Below, in pieces: positions 53,922-64,000 of a stretch of 64,000 nt of DNA (the first letter of the stretch is position 1; every line of letters begins with the position of its first letter). The translations under genes and the position numbers were made by a program. The stretch spans positions 48,732,001 to 48,796,000 of the forward strand of contig NW_026262581.1 of assembly GCF_021869535.1 (NCBI RefSeq), in the 5' to 3' direction. This DNA is from Mytilus californianus (Eukaryota). Below the pieces are notes generated by a model, which saw only the letters and a list, made by a program, of their open reading frames with translations, was not told the DNA's origin and searched no databases.

Positions 53922-56900
53922 TTCAAAGTGTTGGCACAAACAAGTAGTTCCCTGAACAACTAACAGAGAGCAAATCAGAACTTGCTGAATCAGTCCAGAA
54001 TATACTGGAGACTAAGATAGTTGTCAATCTAACTTAACTTTCTGACTTAATAATAAATATAATCTAAATATTAAGGTAAAGTACCAATATTGATAGTCTA
54101 GGTATAAAAAATAGTTTCCAAAACATTTAAAGTAATTTTGAAAATGAAAACACAACAAAATGTATATTTCTCTCAATATATTTTGTAGTCTGAATTTCAC
54201 TATTTTCAAGAATAATAACTTATTCTATACATTCAAGACAAATTTTCTTAACTATATAAAGAGCATAACACTCATACCACATCTTCCTATATCTATATAA
54301 CAAGTTTTGAATTTTCAAAATACCATTTGCCTGATACTTGCTTACAAACCATTATTTGTATATCTAAATATCTACTGACATATTATTCGGCAACACTTTT
54401 CTTAAATATTTGAAAGTGTTTAATTCTTTAGCCCTTATTTTTGTACTCTTCTAACATGACACTCTCTGTAGTTCAGATGTGTATGAACAAACAAGAATTT
54501 GAAGACAAATTCAGGAGACAGTAGTTTAAATAACGATGTAAACACAGCCAGATACAGATTTTCATTAGAATTCTGAAGCTTTCAATATTATGTATACATG
54601 GTTTATCTAATATTAATCCATGGTAAAATATCTAGTATATTTACTAGCTAAAAACTGTCACTGCAAGTTCTACAAGTATTATCTCTTTGCATGACATTTG
54701 CAATTCAGTCTGTCTTTAATATTGTAAGAACAGAAAAATTGATTCAAAAGCTCAAGTAAGCAACGAAAGCTTCAAATAGTGTTAATATTCATAACTTTAA
54801 CATAACTTAGCAATCAAAAACTCCTCTCTGAGTCATATTAAAAAGTCATAAACAGGTGATTACTGTCACACTAAGGTCACCTGTTAAGTAAAGGTTGACT
54901 TATTTAAAACTACATGTAGATTTCAAAGATGAACAGCCTCTACTGTAGTTCTTATTCAGGACACTTAATAAAGTGACTATATTTACAAATTTCTTCTTAT
55001 TCATTTGTATCTGGAATATACCTACTACAATATAGTATTTGATGTCTGGTTCAGTAAATTTACATTCCATGTTTGTTTATGACAATGAGTATATGTAGTA
55101 TGTGAATAATATTAATATATCAAATAATATTGATAATAAATTGAATCTTAAAGTACAACACTTCATACAGACTAGGTCTACGTATACATACTGCATCTAA
55201 TGTACCATTCTGAAGTAAATCATCTCAAAAGTATCATCGTTATGATATTTCATTAAGTATAAACAAATTATACAAAAAACAGTGCAGCTATTTAATATCT
55301 TATGTTATAAAATAAATAGAAAATCAATATATCCAGAATTAAAACTTGATCCGGCGTGTTTTAAAAATCCTAAGATTTAAGTAATACTGTTCTGTGAACA
55401 CTCATCTGATAATCTGATAATTTTCTTAAAAAGAACTGGAGAAGGGTTACAAAGTTTATACTTCATTGAAAACTGTAACATTTGAAAATGACCTTCACCC
55501 ATCCTGATATCCATACACATGTTGGATATTGAAGGAATATAACTATTACTGTATATTAACCTATATCAGTCAAGACTTGAACTGCTCCTTTGTACAATAT
55601 GCTTATGATACATCTTACATGTACTATTTTTCTATATATACATCTAATGTTATATATGGCTATGTTATATTTAGAGCAATATAACTACATGTAATTAAGG
55701 AAAGTAATTTTTATCTGAACTGAAAAGAAAATTCAGTGTACATATACAAAATATTAGTATGTAATTTGCTTTGCAAATTCTAATGCTTTATAGAATACTT
55801 TGCATTTTTCGATGGAGCATAAAAATATATAAATGATATATAATATATATATATATATATCATACCATGAATATGTCAATTCTTATAAACTGATGATACA
55901 AAAGCATCAATATAGCAATTCTATTTCAAGTTCATGGAGTCTAGAAAGATCACCATTTTCAATTTTCATTTCCATAATTTCAATAATACAGATGCATAGA
56001 TGCAATATTATCATTTGATTATCATTATAGAAACTTTATAAATTCTACATAAATTCATGTAATACTACTTTCTTCAGTATTTGCTATCTGACACGAAAAA
56101 TGTGTAGGAGATTAGTCCCCTAAACATTATATACAATTGTTTACAGAGATATGACTTAGCCTATAACAAGGCAACACTTAGTCACATAAAGATTAGTGAT
56201 GCACATATCTATTGTTCATTATAGTATTCTTTTATAAAAAGGAAAATATGTCAGATATTTCATGTCCAACATCAAAGCAAAATTTGCATGTTGAGAGAAA
56301 AATCTTCCTGTTTTGTATAGTTCTTTAACATTCATTGCTGCTATATATATTATACCTTATCATATCTAGTAGTATCATTACTGAGATTGTAAAGCACAAT
56401 TTGTCTTATCAAAATAAGCACATTTATACAATACTTTCTGCAAGTCAATATAGGACTTTTGGAAAGAATCTTCCTTCCTTGGCAGAATCTAAATAATTTT
56501 TATAGTTGTATCTTAAACTATATTTTACAGTAAAAAGTTGTTTACTATTACTGATACCTTGTAGACAACAAGATCAAGATCTACAATTGTGTTCTGATTA
56601 ATGAGAACAATAACTATGAACTATTTCTTCAGAAAAGAGTAACTGTTTACCTATTATAAGGCTTTGTTTGTTATATTCATAATTAATGTTATAACAATGC
56701 CAAGATATAAGACTGAAAAACTCTATTGTCTTATTTCAACTATATGAGGATATCTTTAATAAAGATATGGTAATAAATGTACATGAATGTATCATTTTAC
56801 AAGTGTCAAATAATTTTATTCATAATATGAAATCTACATTGATGAATTTCAAGGCAATGATAAAACCATCCAATGGAAATTATTTTTTATTTCCTTCCAC

Positions 56901-58487
56901 ACTATGCATACATATATGGAAGTTTTTAACGACCTTGACTGACTATACAGCCCTTGCATGGTCGGTAACACTACATCATAAAAATTATCCTTGAAAAAAG
57001 GAATTTACATCTGACCAATGCAGGTCAATCATATAATTTTTTCAGAAGATCCTATGATCTTTCTTTTTTAATATTTGATATCAACTAGTATGTTTTGATA
57101 TGTTGGCATCACACTTCTCACAATTTGCAACATTATTATCATATTGTACTTATTCTTTTTCAAAAGAAAAGAACTCATGTTAACAATGAGCAATGCTCCT
57201 CTGCTTTAATTTTTGCCAAGATAAAGATATAAAATCTTAAATCATAGTAAAAGACATGAGATTAACTTCATGTACAGAATTATGCAACAAAAGTTTGCAT
57301 TTTTAAACACTGCATTGTTGCAGATTTTTCAAACAATAATAATTGTTTTACTATTATTTTCTACAGTATGTTTCTACCTAATCAATTGTTTGTTAGTGGC
57401 ATGTTAAATGCTCTACAAGGAACTATTCATTAAATGCTAATGTTCCCCCTTCGACCTATTTCTGGTCATGTTTGCCGTGATATTCCACTGGCCTCTCAAT
57501 ATTTAGATATTTTAAATATCAGTCACATAATATTATTTCTGTAAATGTTTCAACTGTAACACAGTTTTATTATCTCACTAAGAACTTATTTTGAAGCCTT
57601 AGATGGCTTTGTATATTACAGATATACATATTCTGTACATATTCTTGATAGTTTCAACAATATTGTAAGTTCATTCTGAACTGTTGTCACATTTATGACA
57701 CACCAAGGACTTATAAAAGTCTCTAGGCTCATTAATTGCTTTGGACAAATAAGCTTTTAAAAATTAGCTATTTGAATATTATTTGATATAACATATCTTT
57801 AGCAAAGGTTATAGATACCTTAGATTGGAAGTGGCACATAATGCCTTCCGTATTATCACTAACTTTGTCTATTTATAGTAACACACATACAGGTGTACAT
57901 ATCGACAAGTAGTCTAGCATAATATTCCAATGCTACATTACAGTTTCCTATATTGGAATAAGAAATGTTTTTTAATCACAATATTTTGTGATAATAAAAT
58001 CTCAAGTATATTTGCTATATTTTCTATAAATTGTACGTCACTACGAGGGTACATTATAGCAAGAATGTACGAGTACACCTTCGTACATTTTGCACTTACC
58101 TTGAAAAAAAAGAAAAACATTCTACACATATACTTCTGTATAGAGTTTCATTCGACGTGTTAAAATAACTACAATAATGTATCAATTTATTTAGACGAAA
58201 AAATGTCAAAATTATTAAAAAGTGAACGTTCGGTCCACCATTGATTACGTGATAAGCACCTGTGTGTTACACACCACAGTACACGTGTATTTTTAGAACA
58301 AGGATTAGAAAAAAGAACAACGATAAAATACATTGTATTTAACGAACTTGGATAATAAGTTCTCAAGATAACTAATGTTTATAAAACATTTTTACTGGAA
58401 CAACGTTCTCAGTTTTACAAAATCCTAAAATTCTGGACGTCGTCACAGATTATAACGAGTTAGACACCTCGCTGCTCGAAAAATAAT

Positions 58488-58652
58488 ATGATTGGCACAG
58501 GTAATAGCCGCAGTATTTATAGCTAGGTATAGCTACGTCATACCCATAGGTCAAGGATTTTGACCTCTTTTAAATGAGATGCCTCGTTGTACATCGGGAA
58601 ATGAATGCTATAGTAACATCCTCGAAGAGCCAAGGAGCGTAATTAGTAGAAT
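58488..58652. repeat. Inverted copy of 53581-53716 plus 53874-53921
   Basis: 58488-58623 is a reverse complement of 53581-53716 with no mismatch seen. Confidence 0.9.
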
Positions 58653-59615
58653 AGCATCATTCTCAACACAACTATCAAACATTCTCTCAAGTATGTCCAT
58701 AACATATATAACTTTACATCCGTGGATAGACTAAGGCAACTTTACAGTAGTTTAACTATGTTCAAATATATAGAGACCTGTTCGTGACTTCTCAATCTGT
58801 TGGTTCTAAGTACATTTCCTTGTAACTTAAGTTAAACATGGTGTTAAAGACTTAGTAAATTGGTATATACTTATATGAATTAAAAAATCTTACTTGAAAT
58901 GCAATTTTCAGCCAGTCAACCACATGAACCAGTTTAACAATTTGTCATCTAGTAATAACACGAATTACACTTGTTGATCAATGTAATTACATAAAAACGT
59001 ATGGATTTTTTACTAAGAACATCCCTCATTTAACTTGCAGAAAAACAGAGGTGACAAACTTATTAATGAATTAAAGTTTTTATTCCGCATATATTACTAC
59101 CAGTCCGGTTGGTTTGAGCTGTATTCAACAAAATTGTATTTGGACAAAAGCTGTGTGTGTTTTCTTTGCTAGGAATAAATCATGGAATGAAATTAAGTAA
59201 AGTATAAGTCAATGTAGCAAGTTGGGTTCTGTTATAGCTTTATTACCACTAATCCAGGCCTGATCAGAAAGAACATACAAGAAAGTAGAACGTATTTAAA
59301 ACAAAATAGTTCTACGCATAGCTGTTGCTTTGTCAATAAGACAAAAATATGGGTTATTCTCATTCATATGAAATGAAGGCTAAATAACCTGAGATCACTG
59401 TAGAACCCATTTTGAAAATTTCTTTCGAATGATAAAAAAATATCAGTGAAACTAGAATAAATAAGACAGCATATTTGCCCAGTCGCTCAAATCAGAAGAA
59501 CTCGTACTTGCAAACTTCCGTGAACCCTAATATGCAATTAAAGGTATATGAAATTATACAAAACAAGTCAGGATAAGGTATCGTTTTGACATTCAATGAT
59601 TGTCACTTTATTTAA

Positions 59616-59927
59616 GGCGTAATACCACCATTGATTTCCCCTATTAGTCGCACTTTTCAAAAAAATGGTGCAGAATTTATCTTTGTTTCAAATAAAAAAT
59701 ACTTGGCATGAGTAAAGTTTTATCCTGTCTAGTACTATAGACAAAATTTCTCATAACATTTCATTGCATATAAGAAAAAAACCATCACTAGAAGTTAATC
59801 AGTCAAAATTTCACCCTTTTTTTGTCTTGTGTGCAAGCTTTAGTAACCATGTAACCTCAAGTTTCCATGCATCGCAGTTTTCGTATGAAACTGGATGTGA
59901 CGTACTATGAGTTTGTGGTATTACACC
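59616..59927. mobile_element. 312-bp MITE with TTAA flanks and GG…CC ends (Kolobok-like)
   Basis: TIR GGYGTAATACCAC. TTAA at 59612-59615 and 59928-59931. Lies in a segment absent from the copy-1 flank (~2745). Confidence 0.7.
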
Positions 59928-61514
59928 TTAAACTTTATACAAAGTAGCAATGAATGCTTGATATTGCAGAATTTAACAGAAAAAGCAATCATAATTTTGA
60001 ACTAGTGGCTTTAATCCTTAAAAGTACGACGTCTCAACTCACGAAAGTTTCAATCGATCGTGTACCACTTAAGGTAAATAAAATACTTACCTTTTTAAGA
60101 GCTAAAGAGGTCTTCCGAAATAAGTTGGATGAATATTTTTTATGGGATTTTTGTTTTTTAAACATTGTTTGTGTTGTTGTCTAAAGTTATTTTCTTTGCA
60201 ACCGTGTAGTATGTTTTTCTTCGTACTTTGTACCCTTTAAAGTAAATTAACCTATCATTTGGAGTGCTGTAAAATTTAACTTGCTGTGGACATGAAATTG
60301 TTTTCAAAAAGGTCATTCCTGACACAACTGCGGTGCTTTCGACATAACTATTGTATGTTTATGTAGTTAACTTAAAGAAACAGTGGTTACATCATGAATA
60401 GTAAAATAGTGTTAGATGAAGACAACATTAACGGTTAAACACTTTATCTTCTTTGTTGAGTGGTTGCTATGATAAAGGTTGGTGTTTGCAATTAATTTTT
60501 TAAATAGAACCATTACCTTAAATGTATGTATTTACTTGCTTTATGTTAAGCCAAGATTATGCTGATGTGACAAAAATGCACGTATTGAATTACAAAATGT
60601 CAAGTCAAATAACATTCACCTAAAGACAGAAAACGCTTGAGATTTAAGACATTTTCGAGTTTGTTGGTATTGATGAACCACCAGTTTATGTATGCAACAA
60701 CATGCCAATTTCCTTTGAGATTGTACAAAATATGTGTAGATGTGATTTCAGTCTTTTTCCCCCATAACTCCCATCAGCAAAAACACTTTTGTAATATCTC
60801 AAAACCCGTTTGATTGATAAGTTTGTTTTAAAGCGTATATATCCTTAGTCAACTGGTTTATGTCAATGCTAAAGCATCAAACCTGGTTACATGCTCTTCA
60901 GAGAAATAGAACCAGAACGAGTATTGCATGTCGTAGAGCAGATAGATGTTTCGGGCGCAGTAAAATTGTAAAGTGTCACTGTCATTGGTATGCTATTAAA
61001 GACCGAATCTGTATATTTCCTTAACATATAAGAACATTTCTCAAATAAGACCTGTTATCCTTTAAGTGATGTTTTATTACAATACCCTGTGTTTTACAAG
61101 ACTCAATTGTTGGTAAAGCATTGATATATTTCGATCTCTTTTAAATTGTATTAATGTGAAATTGAACACTTTTTGACAAGCAAAATGTAGTCACAGAAAA
61201 TTTTAACATTTGTGTGCTTTGAGTTTTTTTCTTAACATTTTCCAGTGTAATCGATCGTCATTTTTCAACACTCAATCATATCCTTAGATATTTTAACTTT
61301 TAAAGACTCTTGAGCATGTTTTACTGTGGTTATTGGTAGCTGTCTCATTGATGTCTATAATATGTCTGTTTTATTTTCATTTTTTAAATACATCTTAAAT
61401 GGATGAAAAATACAACACATATTCAAAAACTGCGAGCTGTGTTCAACATTTAATTTTATTCAAAAATAATACTGTGTGTGTCAAATGTGGATTTCGGTGA
61501 TATCCTGTACATGC

Positions 61515-63130
61515 TCATCGTGTGTATCCATTAGACGGCCTTCTTCGACAAATCATGTGACAATTAACAGTTGCGCAGTATTTGTTCGTTGAACAATCTC
61601 TATCAGCAAGACAGTCTTTTTTACAACCAATTTTCCCATTTACTACTGACTGGGAAACGACCCCTGAACCAGAAGTACGTACTGATCCACCACGTCTCAA
61701 AGAAACTGTATCTAATACATCAAGTCCACTTCTTCTAAGGTTGGTTGCGTCAAGAAAATCAGAACCTGCTTGACCAGACATTCCACGACTTCTACTTATT
61801 GTTTCCAAATGAGCATTGCTAGATAGTTCTAAATTTCTAGCCAGACCAGATGAAACAATTCTGCTGCCAGAGGATAAATGGCCATCATTACTCGAAACTC
61901 TGGTCACGCCAGATGATAAACTTCTAACTATTTCACTTCTTATAGAGTCCGACAATCCAGATGCACCAATTATACTTCCAGAAGAAATTTCGACACAGTA
62001 GCTGCTACAACCATTGTGAATACATTTATGTCCTGAACGACATAATTTATCTCCTCCACACCCATAATAACAGTTACTGATACTGTCATCGTCAGATAAA
62101 GCACGTGACATACCGGCTGAGGAGCCTCTAATGATTTCAGATACAGATGCCCTGCTTCCAATAGAACCCCCAGAAAATCCTCTACTAGCTGATGACCCGC
62201 GTGATAAAAAGCCATTGCCTGTTCCATGAGATGTTCCAACTGCTCTTGATCCTGTTCGTCTATTTGCATCAATTACATCCAGTACAGAAAGAGATCCAAC
62301 ACCACTACGTCCGTTTATGTCTCTTCCAACTGTGTTTTCGACCTGTAAAATCTTCTTCACTCCATGTTTGTCTAATGCATGCTTTTCTGTTGGTGAATAG
62401 GCTGTAATAATAAATATCGAATCATTTTTACAAAATTCACAAATCAAGTTATACAAAATACAAAACATGTGAACTACTGTCTACATATGGATTTCAGGAT
62501 ATATGTAGTTATTGCAAATAAGACAACTATTCACCATACCAGATGTAAACTTGTAAAACCTTCTGCACTCCATGTAGATCTAATGCATGCTTTTCCGTGG
62601 GTGCATAGACTGTAAAATTAAATATCTGACAATTGATATCATCTTTACTAATCAAGTAATATCATAAACAATACAGGTTAACTAATATTTATATATTTAT
62701 ATAAGGATACTTGTATTATTGCCGATAAAACAACTATCCACCATAGACCAAATGGCGAGGTTATCAACAGTTGCAGGTACAGTTCGGTTTCAGCACTGAG
62801 CAAAGCCCATACCTTATCGTAAGCTATTAAAAGACCCCATGATAAGATTAGAAACAATTCAAAACACAAAACCATTCGTTTCAAACTTTTTCATTATAAT
62901 TTACAAAAATATGCAGATGTTGGTAATATGCCTTCTTGTGATTATGTACGAAAGTTGATTATGTTTAAGAACATTTCTGCGGTAAGATATTTAGATTTTA
63001 TCTACACATTGAAAAAAACTTTTGTTAAACAGCTTATATATATCGAAATGGCCAATAAAATAACTTTCTTACCGGTTACTGTCATTGTGGTCAATGCCGT
63101 CAAAAAGAATATGGTCTGGAACCTCATCAT
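61515..63130 (-). CDS. Copy 5: secreted Ser/Gly/Arg-rich two six-Cys-module protein, 314 aa; join(63130..63073, 62401..61515)
   Basis: Signal exon MMRFQTIFFLTALTTMTVT ending G|GTAAG; acceptor TTACAG at 62402; 671-nt intron. The non-coding first exon is predicted beyond the window end. Confidence 0.88.
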
Positions 63131-64000
63131 TTCTAAGAATTCTGAAATTGTACAGGATAGTATCATATCTAAGAAAATCATAATTCACACATTTTATTTT
63201 AATACGAATCATTTAATAGAAAAACTTTGTTTTATTTTACTATACAACTGTACGACAGTAAAATTTCAGAAACTATGCTCTTTGAGGCTAATATTTTCTT
63301 TGGGAGGTATATAAAATGACAAAACAATTTTTATACTAAGCCAATATGTGGGGTGTATTGTGCTTGTATTGGAGCTACAGGTTGTTCAAAATTGATATGT
63401 AGTGGAAGGATTATACCTGAAGAAGGAATGTAAATCAAAATAAATCTGAAAGTCGATAGAAATTTGAAATGAACATTTGAAGATGCATTCTGAAAATAAC
63501 AAAAAAGAAAACAAATTGAGAAAAGAAGGAAATGGTGCCTATATTTCGACCGTTATGATCTTTTTAAAGGGATATCTTCGAAATAAGAAAAAAGAAAACC
63601 AAATTGAATTTGAACAGTGTTCCTTAATAAAAATATAAAAGTTAAATATATTTATGCACCAGATGCGCATGTCGACTATTAATTTTCTTTCAGTGAAACT
63701 GGAGGCTATATTTCAAGATTTAAAATGTTATACCGGGGTTGAAGAGCTGAAAATTAATGTATAGACAAATCTGGGAAAGGAACCAGAGCAATAAACCGTA
63801 TAAATCAAGCTACAACTATATTATCTATACCACAACTTTATTATTTATTTTTTAGAGAGATAAGGTTGATATTACAAAATAGATAGACATGTTAGATATC
63901 GATTCAGCAAAATATACATCTCGAACTTGCATAACATTCATTGATTGTCAAGTCTTAGTATAAAATAGACATTTACTTTTTACAGTAATTAAACTTTCGA

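Noticed and set aside
4457-62407. Antisense and alternate-frame ORFs over the large exons (e.g. 4457..4675, 7651..7887, 35738..35968, 47056..47271, 61970..62272, 62192..62407)
   Set aside because: These are shadows of the real CDS; their starts and stops are not conserved among copies.
62928-63314. 128-aa plus-strand ORF opposite the signal exon of copy 5
   Set aside because: The paralogous region in copy 4 is broken (47954..48151 ends early), and the composition is that of AT-rich noise.

Overview
AT-rich eukaryotic DNA. The interspersed repeats look like those of mytilid bivalves (Mytilus-like; inferred from recognition, not a search). The window holds a minus-strand tandem array of one gene family encoding a secreted 314-aa Ser/Gly/Arg-rich protein with two six-cysteine WAP-like modules. 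There are four intact copies (CDS 7035-8246, 35283-36637, 46379-48218, 61515-63130), one pseudogene (3844-4727) and an inverted 3' fragment (27855-28380). Comparing paralogues gives a three-exon model: a TATA box plus a ~39-nt non-coding exon, a signal-peptide exon, and one large exon. It also shows reciprocal 5'/3' chimerism between copies and exposes insertions by their empty sites: a 15.9-kb CACTA-type element in intron 1 of copy 2, an L2-like LINE fragment in intron 1 of copy 4, TTAA-flanked and CACTA-type MITEs, and Penelope-like RT fragments. Also present are a 1.4-kb tandem duplication and a nested inverted-repeat structure at 53.5/58.5 kb. I found no rRNA, tRNA or CRISPR features. Most short ORFs in the track are repeat shadows or antisense noise.
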